64,000 nt of DNA, taken from NCBI GenBank assembly GCA_964571255.1, contig CAZNAA010000001.1, positions 423,674 through 487,673 of the forward strand, read 5' to 3'. The notes beneath the pieces were generated by a model, which did not search any database, had not been told where the DNA came from, and saw only the letters and a list, made by a program, of their open reading frames with translations. The stretch comes from an uncultured Gammaproteobacteria bacterium (GTDB taxonomy: Bacteria; Patescibacteriota; Microgenomatia; Levybacterales; UBA12049). Positions within the stretch are counted from its first letter, which is position 1; each line of letters opens with the position of its first letter. The translations under genes were made by a program, and so were the position numbers. Below are positions 1 to 9,958 of this stretch, piece by piece.

Positions 1-35
1 TAATAACTCCACGGGGTTGAAGAGGATTAGATTGC

Positions 36-56
36 AGCTGGTTTGTTTCCAGCTGT
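36..56 (-). terminator. Possible stem-loop downstream of rpmA: 7-bp stem cagctgg/ccagctg with a 7-nt loop and no U-tract
   Basis: Inverted repeat read directly from the sequence: gcagctgg-tttgttt-ccagctg. It lies just 3' of the rpmA stop on the minus strand, and no T-run follows it. Confidence 0.2.
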
Positions 57-91
57 ATAAGTGTATCGGCAGGTAAGCTATTTTCCATTTT

Positions 92-343
92 TTAGTTTGT
101 AACTACTTCCACGAGTCTTTTTCCGTGTAATAACTTAAAATTAACTACTCCTTCTACTAAGGAAAAAAGAGTAAAATCTCGTCCCATAGAAACATTTACT
201 CCAGGATGAAACTTTGTTCCTTTTTGACGAACTATAATACTTCCCGCAATCACTTTTGCCCCACCATAAACCTTCACGCCTAAACGCTTTGATCTAGAGT
301 CTCTATTTCCTTTTACCGATCCTTGTGCCTTTGTATGTGCCAT
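92..343 (-). CDS. rpmA: 50S ribosomal protein L27
   Basis: The 83-aa translation begins MAHTKAQGS...[15 protein letters not shown], matching the conserved L27 N-terminus. It lies immediately downstream of rplU as in the canonical rplU-rpmA operon. Confidence 0.9.
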   Translation of the reverse strand: MAHTKAQGSVKGNRDSRSKRLGVKVYGGAKVIAGSIIVRQKGTKFHPGVNVSMGRDFTLFSLVEGVVNFKLLHGKRLVEVVTN

Positions 344-388
344 AGTATTCCTTCAAATTCTATGAGCTGTGAAGCAAATTGTCAAGTA

Positions 389-784
389 TTATGCTTTTTT
401 TACAGCTCGTGTCTTTTTTACGGGTTTTTCTTCAGTTACTTCTGTTTTTTCTGCCTTTGCCACTTTTCCTTTAGCTCCAATACTATCAATTCGAAGAGTA
501 CTTAACTCTTGCCGGTGCCCCATAACACGTCGGTATCTCGCTTTAGCTTTAAATTTAGCAACCCGAATCTTTACTCCTCGTGGATGAGCCATAACTGTAG
601 CTGAAACTTGTACTCCATCAACAAAAGGCATTCCAACCTTTACACTATCTCCATCAATAAAAAGAAGGACATCTGAAAAAGTGACAGAAGTATCAGCATC
701 AGCCATCATTCTCTCTACATTCAAGACTGTTCCTTCTGTTACTTTGTACTGTTTCCCACCTGTTTGAATTACTGCGTATTTCAT
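389..784 (-). CDS. rplU: 50S ribosomal protein L21 with a Lys/Ala-rich C-terminal tail
   Basis: The translation begins MKYAVIQTGGKQYKVTEG, the classic L21 start. The C-terminal ~30 aa are K/A/E-rich. Confidence 0.85.
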   Translation of the reverse strand: MKYAVIQTGGKQYKVTEGTVLNVERMMADADTSVTFSDVLLFIDGDSVKVGMPFVDGVQVSATVMAHPRGVKIRVAKFKAKARYRRVMGHRQELSTLRIDSIGAKGKVAKAEKTEVTEEKPVKKTRAVKKA

Positions 785-806
785 GAATATGATTATAGCA
801 AAGTAT

Positions 807-1883
807 TTATCTTATTTCCAGCACCGCTTCTTTCTTCTGAGAAATACTCATTTGAGAAAGGATACTCAGAAAAATCATATTCGAAAGCAGTGAGCTACCA
901 CCTAAGGAGACAAAAGGAAGTGTCACTCCAACAACAGGAACAATTCCTGCATTCATGCCTACATTTACAAAAAAGTGAATTAATAAGAACCCAAAGACAC
1001 AAACCCCAAATATTTTTTCGAACGTTTCCTCTTGTTGTATAATTACTTTATAAATCCTAAATAGGAGAAAGAAGAAACAGCCAACAACTATCATTGCCCC
1101 TAAAAATCCAAGTCCCTCTGAAAGAGTAGCAAAAATAAAGTCTGTATGCCGCTCTGGAAGAAATCGAAGTCCTGATTGCGTACCTGCTCCAAACCCTTTC
1201 CCCATAATTCCTCCTGACCCAACAGCAATCACTGCTTGAATAACATTGTATGACTCACCCAGTGGATTTGATGCTGGATTGAAAAAGGTGAAAATTCTAT
1301 CTCTTTGATAATCATGAAGTTGTAACCAGAGAAGCGGAGAGAGTAAAAGAAACGGTACAGCTGAGGCAATAAACCATTTTATTGAATATCCAAAAGTGAA
1401 AAGAACAATTCCCACCACTAGGGCATAAATCGTCGCGTTTCCCAAATCAGGTTGAAAGAAGATAAGCAGAAAAATAGGAGCAAGAAAAACTCCAGTAAGG
1501 AAAAATGACTTTATACTTCGACTTTCAGAATTGGAGAGAAAGCTTGAGAGAGAAATGGCTAGAAGAGGCTTACAAAGCTCAGAGAACTGAATACTCACTC
1601 CAAAAATTTCAACCCATCTCACTGCTCCCTTACTTTCAAATCCAATAATAAAAATGATTGCTAAGGCAATGAGTGAGAAGATATAAAAAATCATCCCAAA
1701 TTCTTTGAGTATCCGATAATCAAACTTATGAAGAAGGAAAAAAAGGACAATACAGACTAGAGAAAAAAGAAATTGGTTTCTAAAATAGTCTCCTCCTAAA
1801 GAAAAAAGAGTAAGAAGCCCAATAATAATGAGAATACAAGACGGTATAAAAATAGACCAATCAACCTTTGGCAGGATTTTCAT
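807..1883 (-). CDS. SEDS-family peptidoglycan glycosyltransferase (RodA/FtsW-like)
   Basis: The 358-aa product is polytopic with about 10 TM segments and the C-terminal SEDS motif LPFVSLGGSS. It overlaps the ileS stop by 4 nt (ATGA). Confidence 0.75.
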   Translation of the reverse strand: MKILPKVDWSIFIPSCILIIIGLLTLFSLGGDYFRNQFLFSLVCIVLFFLLHKFDYRILKEFGMIFYIFSLIALAIIFIIGFESKGAVRWVEIFGVSIQFSELCKPLLAISLSSFLSNSESRSIKSFFLTGVFLAPIFLLIFFQPDLGNATIYALVVGIVLFTFGYSIKWFIASAVPFLLLSPLLWLQLHDYQRDRIFTFFNPASNPLGESYNVIQAVIAVGSGGIMGKGFGAGTQSGLRFLPERHTDFIFATLSEGLGFLGAMIVVGCFFFLLFRIYKVIIQQEETFEKIFGVCVFGFLLIHFFVNVGMNAGIVPVVGVTLPFVSLGGSSLLSNMIFLSILSQMSISQKKEAVLEIR

Positions 1884-4735
1884 GAAATTTTAGAAACAGT
1901 AAATGCTTGTCCAATCTCAATTTCATTCACTAAAGCATTTTTCTTGATATATTCTTCAAACCCTACAGGAAGGCTCTCCAGTGAAACATTTACCTTCTCA
2001 TCCATTGTTGTTCCTAAAAGTTTTCTTTCTTCTTGAATCTTACGCACCAAATCTCGTGCCTCTCCTTCTGCAGTAAGTTCAGGAGTGAGAGTAGTGTCAA
2101 ACTCCACTGTTACTGGAACACTTTCTTTTGTTTTTACATAAACAACTTCTTTTACATTTACTTCTTGAGAAAGTACTTCTGTTAATTCTTTACTCAACAT
2201 TGGCTCAGGAAGAGAAACAGTAAGTTTTGCTAGTGGTTGGCGAAGTTTTATTCCTAGCTTTTTTCTCTCTGCATGTGCAATCTCTACTAGTCCTCGGATA
2301 ATTACCATCTCTGTTCTTAAAAACGAGTTCTCTTTTTTTGCTACAGAATCTATTTCCTGGTTTTCTGGCCAATCAGTTAAATGAACTGACTCTTCTCCTG
2401 TAAGATTTTTATAGATTTCTTCACTGAGAAATGGGGTAATTGGAGCCATAAGTTTAGTAATAGTAGTTAGTACTATATAAGTAGTTTCATAGAAACTCTT
2501 TTTATCCTCTTCACTATTCGCACTTGGTCCTACACGATCCCTACTCCTTCTGATATACCAAGTCGAAAGATTTGTAATAAATTCCTCATATGCTTCAATT
2601 GTTGCAATAGTGTCATATCCATCTAAACTCTTGGTTACATCCTGTTTTGTGCGTTCAAGAAGAGTAAGAATCCATTTATCTAGTACATTCTCACTTGACT
2701 TTCCGGTAAGGTGAGATCTATCCCAGTTATCGATAAGAGCATAGGTAACAAAGAAGTTATATACATTCCACAAAATCAACATAGTACTTTTTACTTGATT
2801 TCGGTACTGCTCCTCAGAAATGACTAAATCCTCTCCTTTCATAATTGTTGATCCTAAAAGATATAAACGAAGTGCATCCCCTCCATACTTTTGAATCATT
2901 TCTTTAGGATCAGGATAATTTTTCAAGTTTTTACTCATTTTCCTCCCATCCGTTCCTAAAATGACTCCTTCAACCAGTACATTTTTAAACGCAGGAGATT
3001 CATATAAGGCAGCACCAATGACATGAAGGACATAAAACCAGGCTCTAATCTGACCAGTATATTCTGCAATAAAGTCAGGTGGGAAAAAGTCCTCTAATTT
3101 TTCCTCTGTATTAAATGGATAATGTCTCTCTGCAAATGAAGCACTTCCTGCTTCAATCCAACTATCTAATACCTCTGGAACTCTTTTAGTTTTTTTTCCA
3201 CACGACGTGCAAACTACCTCTACTTCATCGATAAATGGTTTATGCAAATCAGTAATTTCCACTCCACTCGCATCAGATAGCTCTTTTAAAGAGCCTGGAA
3301 CGAACCTCTCTCCACATGCACATTCCCAAACAGGAACTGGAGATCCCCAGTATCTATTTCGAGAGATATTCCAATCAGGAGCATTCTCTAAACTTTTCAG
3401 AAATCTTCCATTTTTAAAATGCTCTGGGAACCAGTGTATCTCCTTATTGGTTTGTTTCATTTTTTCTTTTAAGTCCTGAACATTCACATACCAGGCATTA
3501 ATTGGTGCATAATATAGTCTCGTATGACACCTCCAGCACAGTGGGACATTATGAGGAACTTCTTCATCTTTATAAATAAGTCCCCTCTCAGCTAGGTCTT
3601 CGTTCACTGCCTTATTTGCCTTGAGATAGTACATTCCTCCAAATTTTGGAACATCAGGTTTTATTATTCCTTCCTCATCAACGTGCATCTCAATATGCAC
3701 ATTTAACTCTCTCATCACTTTCAAATCTTCTTCTCCATAGGCTGCAATCGTCACGACTCCTGTTCCTTCCTCAGCTGTTACAAAGTCCCCTGGAATAATT
3801 TCAAATGATTTCTCTCCTTTGGCAATAGCGTAGTAGTCATAATGGGGAACAAACTTTTTTCCAACAAGCTCTGTTCCTTTCATTTTTGCTACCACTTCAT
3901 ACTCACCTACAAGCATTTGTTTTGTCGCCTCAGCAAGGATATAATATTCCTCACCTTGTTTTACTTTGATATATTCTAATGTAGGATTTACCGCTAAAGC
4001 AGGAGTGACAATTTTATTCCAAGGAGTTGTGGACCAGGCGAGAATAAAGGTGTTTTTTTCTCCGACTAATTCATATTTATAGGTTGTGGCACTATCTGGA
4101 ACTTCTTTATAGTTGTCTGCATCCATTGCTACTTCAAAGTTTGAAATCGGAGTACTGCAATGAGGGCAATACAGTGAAACTTTTAGTCCCTTATAGATAT
4201 ATCCCTTCTCATACATCTGCTTAAATATCCACATAACAGACTCCATATAGGGAATATCCCACGTTTTATAGGCATTTTTGAAATCAACCCATCTCCCGAT
4301 ATGATCTACATACCACTCCCACTCTCCTGAAACTTGATTTACATAGTGAAGACAGCGATCAATAAAGGTTTTGACTCCAACTTTTTCCTCAATATCTTTC
4401 TTCCTTTCAATATTCAACTCTCCTTCTACTTTGTTCTCAATCGGAAGACCATGTCCATCCCATCCCCAGACACGTCGTACTCGATATCCTTTCATCGTCC
4501 AATATCTGCCAAAAACATCCTTTGGAAGACTAGAAAGAAGAGTACCATAATGAGGCATTCCGGTAATAAAAGGAGGACCATCTAAAAAGGTCCATTTTTT
4601 TTCCTTTGGACGAAATTCTACGGACTTTTCAAAAATTTTATTCTCTTTCCAGAAAGAAAGGATATTTTCTTCCATTTCTGGAAAGGATGAGCTGAGGCTT
4701 ACAGGTGAAAATGAATTTTTATTTATATTCTTCAT
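1880..4735 (-). CDS. ileS: Isoleucyl-tRNA synthetase, type 2 (eukaryote/archaeal-like)
   Basis: The 951-aa product carries a class I HIGH-type motif (P-H-Y-G-T), a WGWDGHGLP block and the KMSKN(LKN) KMSKS-type motif. Its length and motif variants fit type-2 IleS. Confidence 0.85.
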   Translation of the reverse strand: MKNINKNSFSPVSLSSSFPEMEENILSFWKENKIFEKSVEFRPKEKKWTFLDGPPFITGMPHYGTLLSSLPKDVFGRYWTMKGYRVRRVWGWDGHGLPIENKVEGELNIERKKDIEEKVGVKTFIDRCLHYVNQVSGEWEWYVDHIGRWVDFKNAYKTWDIPYMESVMWIFKQMYEKGYIYKGLKVSLYCPHCSTPISNFEVAMDADNYKEVPDSATTYKYELVGEKNTFILAWSTTPWNKIVTPALAVNPTLEYIKVKQGEEYYILAEATKQMLVGEYEVVAKMKGTELVGKKFVPHYDYYAIAKGEKSFEIIPGDFVTAEEGTGVVTIAAYGEEDLKVMRELNVHIEMHVDEEGIIKPDVPKFGGMYYLKANKAVNEDLAERGLIYKDEEVPHNVPLCWRCHTRLYYAPINAWYVNVQDLKEKMKQTNKEIHWFPEHFKNGRFLKSLENAPDWNISRNRYWGSPVPVWECACGERFVPGSLKELSDASGVEITDLHKPFIDEVEVVCTSCGKKTKRVPEVLDSWIEAGSASFAERHYPFNTEEKLEDFFPPDFIAEYTGQIRAWFYVLHVIGAALYESPAFKNVLVEGVILGTDGRKMSKNLKNYPDPKEMIQKYGGDALRLYLLGSTIMKGEDLVISEEQYRNQVKSTMLILWNVYNFFVTYALIDNWDRSHLTGKSSENVLDKWILTLLERTKQDVTKSLDGYDTIATIEAYEEFITNLSTWYIRRSRDRVGPSANSEEDKKSFYETTYIVLTTITKLMAPITPFLSEEIYKNLTGEESVHLTDWPENQEIDSVAKKENSFLRTEMVIIRGLVEIAHAERKKLGIKLRQPLAKLTVSLPEPMLSKELTEVLSQEVNVKEVVYVKTKESVPVTVEFDTTLTPELTAEGEARDLVRKIQEERKLLGTTMDEKVNVSLESLPVGFEEYIKKNALVNEIEIGQAFTVSKIS

Positions 4736-4789
4736 AACAAATATCTTTAAACGATATCCAGATTGTAGCTGAATTAGGCAAGAAGATCA

Positions 4790-5920
4790 ATGAAGGTCTC
4801 AGATTTATTCAGGCAGATCTTACATAAATATACTACAATACTTTTACTTTCTTCTATGTACGTCTATCGAAAAACTCGGCAAAAAATTAGAAGACTAATC
4901 AAATCCTTCTTGTTTTTAGTTTTTCTAGGATTTATAGGAGTAATGGGATATACTGTATGGAGTTATATCGCATCAACTCTTTTCATCACTCCCCAACAAA
5001 TTGCGATTGAAAATACTCTCCCCTCTCCCTCAACTGTTGATATGAAAAATATTTCTCCAACTCCTACTTCGTATTTGGACAATAATGATGGTCCACTTTC
5101 TCAAATTGTTACCACTGCACTTGATGGATCAAAAGGAGTATACGGGATTATTATCAAAAACTTGAAAACAGGGGAGAAATACTATCAAAATGAAACTAAA
5201 ATCTTTACCTCAGGAAGCCTATATAAGCTATGGGTACTAGGTACTGTCTATAAACAACTTGACGCAAGTATTCTTAAAAAAACAACCGTGATGAAGTCAG
5301 ACGTAGTTGAGCTAACAAAACGGTTTGGCATCACCACAGAGTATGAAGTACAAAAAGAAGGAGACGTAACGTATAGTATTGGACAAGCATTAAATCAAAT
5401 GGTTGTCGTTTCTGATAACTATGCTTCCCTTCTCTTAACAGAAAAAGCAAAAACAACCAATATCCGAAACTTTATGGAAGACAACGGCTTTCACTCTTCC
5501 TCTATCGGCCTAAAAGATGAAGCTCCTTCAACTACTCCTTTAGATATTGCTTCATTTTTTGAAAAACTCTATAACAAAGAGCTCTTTGGAGAGGAGACTA
5601 CTACTGAGATTTTGGATCTGTTAAAACAACAACGATTGAACGGAAAAATTCCTAAATATCTTCCCACAGGTACTCAAGTTGCCCATAAGACAGGAGAGCT
5701 CTATAGTGCTTCACATGACGCAGGAATTATCTATGCACCTGAGGAAGAATATCTTATTGTTCTTCTCTCAGATACTACCTCACAAGTTCAAGCAAATGAA
5801 AGGCTAGCAAGGCTTTCAGAGGCAGTGTATACCTATTTCACCAAAGATGATACACCTATTACAAAAGCTCCAGCCAAAGTAGTAACAAAAATACCTACTC
5901 CTACTCCCGTTGAAGATTAG
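4790..5920 (+). CDS. Class-A beta-lactamase-like serine hydrolase with an N-terminal TM anchor and a Pro/Thr-rich C-terminal tail
   Basis: Three class-A motifs occur in the right order and spacing: S-x-x-K (SGSLYK), SDN (VVVSDNYA) and KTG (HKTGEL). There is an N-terminal hydrophobic segment. The C-terminus is IPTPTPVED. Confidence 0.6.
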   Translation: MKVSDLFRQILHKYTTILLLSSMYVYRKTRQKIRRLIKSFLFLVFLGFIGVMGYTVWSYIASTLFITPQQIAIENTLPSPSTVDMKNISPTPTSYLDNNDGPLSQIVTTALDGSKGVYGIIIKNLKTGEKYYQNETKIFTSGSLYKLWVLGTVYKQLDASILKKTTVMKSDVVELTKRFGITTEYEVQKEGDVTYSIGQALNQMVVVSDNYASLLLTEKAKTTNIRNFMEDNGFHSSSIGLKDEAPSTTPLDIASFFEKLYNKELFGEETTTEILDLLKQQRLNGKIPKYLPTGTQVAHKTGELYSASHDAGIIYAPEEEYLIVLLSDTTSQVQANERLARLSEAVYTYFTKDDTPITKAPAKVVTKIPTPTPVED

Positions 5921-6687
5921 GGAAGAATTTCTATATCTTTTTCTTTTTTTAAGGTCAAAATATTTATTTTTGGATCATAGAGTCCGGTAATGACTACTCG
6001 CTTATTTACATAGTTATCCAATTTTAAGTAAGTATGATTAAGAATAATCGTAATATTCTCCTCCTTATCAAGCAGTACCCATCGATACGTTACAGGAGTC
6101 GGGGTTGGAGTCAGAGTAGGAGTGGGAGTTGGGGTATTGGTTGGAGCAAGCGTGGGCGTTGGAATAGGAGTACTCTCCGCATCCACTGCATAGGCTTTTT
6201 TGACGATAGTAACACCCAGTACTTGATAGGAGGCTTTTAATACACCAACCTTTGTAATCATATAGGGAGATGGTGTAGGAATTGGAGTAATGCGTGAAAG
6301 AAGGGGAATGTCTGATTGCTGAGTTTGAACAACTTCTTGAGAATTTTTTCCTAAGCTAAAGAAAAAAGTAAATGCACTTCCTAAAACAAGTAAAAATACA
6401 GGAAGAGCAATGAGTGGCACTTTGACTTTAAACTCAAAGGTCGTAGTTTGCTTTTGCTTAATTTGTTTAATCCAATACAAAAGTCGTTTGAGTGGATTAT
6501 TTACTTGAAAAGAAAGTAAAGGTTTCTCAAGCTCTATCTCCTCACTCATTTCTGAAAGTACCAGTCCAGCTCCTGTTATTTTGCTACTTTTAACAGCAGT
6601 ATCTTCTGCTTTTGTACCAGATTTTACAAATCTTCCAGAAGCATCTCGAAGTTTCTTATTATCAGTTGAATTAGAGGAAGTGGGCAT
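5917..6687 (-). CDS. Hypothetical membrane protein with a (TP)n linker
   Basis: The 256-aa product has a charged N-terminus and a single TM segment (LIALPVFLLVLGSAFTFFF). An ectodomain follows, containing the linker PIPTPTLAPTNTPTPTPTLTPTPTP and a ~60-aa C-terminal domain. It is convergent with, and shares a stop-codon overlap with, the beta-lactamase-like gene. Confidence 0.4.
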   Translation of the reverse strand: MPTSSNSTDNKKLRDASGRFVKSGTKAEDTAVKSSKITGAGLVLSEMSEEIELEKPLLSFQVNNPLKRLLYWIKQIKQKQTTTFEFKVKVPLIALPVFLLVLGSAFTFFFSLGKNSQEVVQTQQSDIPLLSRITPIPTPSPYMITKVGVLKASYQVLGVTIVKKAYAVDAESTPIPTPTLAPTNTPTPTPTLTPTPTPVTYRWVLLDKEENITIILNHTYLKLDNYVNKRVVITGLYDPKINILTLKKEKDIEILP

Positions 6688-6736
6688 ACTCTCATTCAGT
6701 ATGGAACTATCACAGAGGAAGGGTCAAGAGGAAAGA

Positions 6737-7510
6737 TTATGCAGAAATTCTTCCTTCTTTAACATCTAAGTCTTGAATAAAACGATTTAATTCACTCAAT
6801 TGCCTCTGAATTATTTGACATCTTCCAAAATCAATTATGTTATTCGCCACTGCGTGTGTTAATACTTGATCGGCTGTAACAAGTGAATGAAGCTCAACAC
6901 CTTTTTTCCATAATACTCTTTTCCCGTACCCATTACTTCTATCCAGTGCGACAACTGCGTGTCTTACGGGAAGTTTTCCTACATTTCGTAAAGTATCAAT
7001 TGCTTTCATAAGTGTTTCACCTGTACTCCATACATCTTCAAGAACAGCTGTTTCCTTCCCTTCGTTTTGCGGAAGTAATCCGGCAATTTGTTGTCCTATT
7101 CCTATTGCTTTTGGTTCAAAATTTGGTGTAACAGAAGGTAAACCACCTAATCTTTCCTTAATAGAACCTAAAAGAACACTCATTGCATTTGGAACTCCAG
7201 CAATCATTTCTATCCTTGATCCAGGAGTTCTTCTGATTCTTTCTATTTCTCTCACATACCCTCTTGCTGTAAGCTTATATAACTGGTCACTTCCTTGTAC
7301 ATCACGAATGTTAAAAGATAGTGGAGCAAGAGGAGCTTCAGGATGTTTTCGATGAAGATTTGTCTCAAATCCTCCAAATTGGATAATACCTAAAGAGAAA
7401 CACAACGTGAGGAAAAAATCTTTATCAAAAAATGGCTCCACTCGTGGTGCTGTTTCAATTGCAGACATAGTTTGTTGGAGTATATAAAAATGTAAGAAAA
7501 ATAACAACAA
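6737..7510 (-). CDS. Type I phosphoribosyltransferase (orotate PRTase-like)
   Basis: The PRPP-binding motif VLEDVWSTGETL (acidic residues, then hydrophobic, then TG) is present. The N-terminal QFGGFETNLHRKHP block resembles the PyrE KFGEFTLKSG block. At 257 aa it is longer than typical PyrE. Confidence 0.5.
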   Translation of the reverse strand: MLLFFLHFYILQQTMSAIETAPRVEPFFDKDFFLTLCFSLGIIQFGGFETNLHRKHPEAPLAPLSFNIRDVQGSDQLYKLTARGYVREIERIRRTPGSRIEMIAGVPNAMSVLLGSIKERLGGLPSVTPNFEPKAIGIGQQIAGLLPQNEGKETAVLEDVWSTGETLMKAIDTLRNVGKLPVRHAVVALDRSNGYGKRVLWKKGVELHSLVTADQVLTHAVANNIIDFGRCQIIQRQLSELNRFIQDLDVKEGRISA

Positions 7511-7618
7511 GTTCTCTTTACTTCAATTCACCTTTCTTTTATGAAAAAATGGATCTACTACCTCATTTAAAATGATAGGCTACATTTTCTAACAAATTTT
7601 GTATAATAGGGTAGAATT

Positions 7619-8329
7619 ATGGATAAACAGAAAAAGTGGGGTATTATTACTCCGGTTGCTAACGAAGAAGAAATTATTACCAAGTTTGTAAGAGAATTAA
7701 GTAAGGAAGCGGAGAAAATTCCAGGTAAGGTTTCACTCTTTTTTGTTATAGACAAAGTTTCTACAGACAAAACTCTCTCTCTTCTAAAGAAAGAGAGTCA
7801 AAAGAATAAGTTGGTTCATGTAGTATATGAACCCAAAAACAGAAATTTAGTTGATGCATATGTTCGTGGATACAAAGAAGCATTAAATCAAAAATGTGAT
7901 TTTATTATTGAGATAGATTGTGGATTCTCTCATCAGCCAAAAGAAATTCATAAATTTGTTGAAGGATTACTTGAAGGCTATGATTGTGTTTTTGGAACCC
8001 GTCCTCTCTGGTCACCTTTTTACAAAGCACCCTTTATGCGCCGAATTTATAGCTTAGGAGGAACTGTTTTAGCAAACGTACTTCTTGGAACTCGACTAAA
8101 AGATATGACTTCAGGATTTGAAGCTTTTACTGCAAAAGCACTCAAAAGCATTATAGCTAAGCCTCTTAAATCCACGGGACATTTTTTCCAAACCGAAATT
8201 CGTTTCCGAGCACGTAAGCTGCACTTGAAACAAGTATGGATCAATTATAATTTTACAGGCACCAGCCTTAACAAAAGCAGTCTAGAGAACTCCTTCACTA
8301 CTCTCTTTTCTCTCATGAAAGAGCGATAA
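7619..8329 (+). CDS. GT2-family glycosyltransferase (DPM1-like, soluble)
   Basis: N-terminal GT-A signature (ITPVANEEE...VIDKVSTD) and a DxD-like EIDCGFSH region. At 236 aa it has no TM segments. Confidence 0.6.
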   Translation: MDKQKKWGIITPVANEEEIITKFVRELSKEAEKIPGKVSLFFVIDKVSTDKTLSLLKKESQKNKLVHVVYEPKNRNLVDAYVRGYKEALNQKCDFIIEIDCGFSHQPKEIHKFVEGLLEGYDCVFGTRPLWSPFYKAPFMRRIYSLGGTVLANVLLGTRLKDMTSGFEAFTAKALKSIIAKPLKSTGHFFQTEIRFRARKLHLKQVWINYNFTGTSLNKSSLENSFTTLFSLMKER

Positions 8330-8416
8330 ATCAACCCTTTTACTATCTTCCAAAGCTAGGTTAATTTTGTTAGTATCGTATGGTATTGTGTAAAGGAACG
8401 CTTATCTAATGAGATT

Positions 8417-9958
8417 ATGAATAATACCATTAAGCATATTATTATCCAGGCTGGAGGAAGAGGATCACGTCTTGAAAGTCTCACGGATAATAAGCCTAAA
8501 GCACTCGTCTCTGTGAATGGTGAAGCGCTGATTGTTAACCAAATGAAGCTATTCCCTGATGCACAGTATTATGTGATCGCTGATTATAAACACGATATTC
8601 TAGAAAAATATCTCAAGCTGTACGCTCCAGCCTCATATGAAATTATTACTGCACAAGGGAAACATAATTGTTCAGGAATACGTGAGTGCCTTACTCGTAT
8701 CCCTCCCAAAACCCCCTTCGTTCTTATGTGGTCTGATTTATTTTTTACTAAACAACTCTATCCTAAACACATTGAGCCAGATAAGAATAATTACATAGGT
8801 CTTTCTACTACCTTTACTTGTAGGTGGATGTTTGAAAAAGGGAAATTAAGAGAAGAACGAAGTTCAGAGCGAGGTATTGCAGGAGTTTTTATCTTTAAAA
8901 ATAAAGAGGAAATCGAAGATGTACCAGACAATGGAGAGCTTTGCGAGTACCTCGCTGAGAAAAATAACCAGTTCTCCTCCTTTTTCCTCAAAGGAGTCCA
9001 CGAAGTAGGAACTATTGAGGCATACGAGACTGTAACACGGCAATTTCCCCATACCAGACCATTTAACAAACTCCATCTTAAAGACACCGTTGTGATTAAA
9101 CGGGCAAAAGATGCTTTTGGAAAGCCACTAGCTAAATTAGAAGCGAATTGGTATAAACATCATAAAGATCATCTCCACGATTTCCTTCCCAAAGTGTATA
9201 AGCACTATCCTTTAACTCTTCAAAGAATTACAGGAAACCCACTGCATCGTACAAGCTTATCTATCTCAGAAAAAAAGAAATTGCTTAAAAGAATTGTTAC
9301 TAACTTACAAACCATTCATTCAGAAGCTACTCCTAAAAAAAGTTCTTTTGAGAATGATTATCAGGCCATACTAGGAAAAACCAAAGACAGACTCAATTCA
9401 ATAGCTACTCTTATTCCTTTTGTTAATTCAGATACCTTTGTCATTAACGGGAAAACGTGTATTAACTTTTATAAAGAATGGGATATCGTTGAGAACCTCC
9501 TGAAACATACCTTCCCACAAAAGTATGTTCCTATTCATGGCGATGCCACTTTTTCAAATATGCTCTATGAAGAAGCAGGACGGAAAATCTATCTTATCGA
9601 TCCAAGAGGATACTATGGTAAATCTAAATTGTATGGAGATGAAGACTATGATTGGGCAAAACTCTATTATTCTATTAAGGGGAACTATGATCAGTTTAAC
9701 GAAAAGAAATTTCGTTTAGGTGTTGAGGAGAATAATATTTCTCTTTCCATTGGCTCTAATGGATGGGAGCCTTTAGAAGAAAATTTTCTCAGTCTCATTA
9801 AGCGAGATATTACTAAGATCAAAGCCTACCATGCAATTATTTGGCTTTCACTCACTTCCTATGCATGGGATAACTATGATTCAATTTGCGGTGCATTTTA
9901 CAATGGTATATATTTAATGCAAGATAGCTATGAAAACTCACTTCCGAAAACAGATTGA
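8417..9958 (+). CDS. Fusion protein: N-terminal sugar-1-phosphate nucleotidyltransferase plus C-terminal APH/choline-kinase-like sugar kinase
   Basis: The N-terminus carries the NTP-transferase G-loop IIQAGGRGSRL...KPKALV. The C-terminal ~300 aa has the Brenner motif HGDATFSNML and the IDPRGYYG catalytic/Mg loop of the APH/ChoK/AmgK/NahK fold. Confidence 0.6.
   Translation: MNNTIKHIIIQAGGRGSRLESLTDNKPKALVSVNGEALIVNQMKLFPDAQYYVIADYKHDILEKYLKLYAPASYEIITAQGKHNCSGIRECLTRIPPKTPFVLMWSDLFFTKQLYPKHIEPDKNNYIGLSTTFTCRWMFEKGKLREERSSERGIAGVFIFKNKEEIEDVPDNGELCEYLAEKNNQFSSFFLKGVHEVGTIEAYETVTRQFPHTRPFNKLHLKDTVVIKRAKDAFGKPLAKLEANWYKHHKDHLHDFLPKVYKHYPLTLQRITGNPLHRTSLSISEKKKLLKRIVTNLQTIHSEATPKKSSFENDYQAILGKTKDRLNSIATLIPFVNSDTFVINGKTCINFYKEWDIVENLLKHTFPQKYVPIHGDATFSNMLYEEAGRKIYLIDPRGYYGKSKLYGDEDYDWAKLYYSIKGNYDQFNEKKFRLGVEENNISLSIGSNGWEPLEENFLSLIKRDITKIKAYHAIIWLSLTSYAWDNYDSICGAFYNGIYLMQDSYENSLPKTD

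Noticed and set aside
3207-3479. Antisense or shadow ORFs inside long genes
   Set aside because: Examples are 3207-3479, 4334-4585, 12106-12405, 12823-13045, 13813-14251, 14429-15172, 15267-15617, 16506-16889, 8791-9087, 46238-46444, 50295-50540, 52229-52502, 54272-54745 and 53627-53809. All are fully contained within better-supported genes on the opposite strand or in another frame. They are typical low-complexity shadow ORFs of an AT-rich genome with no motifs.
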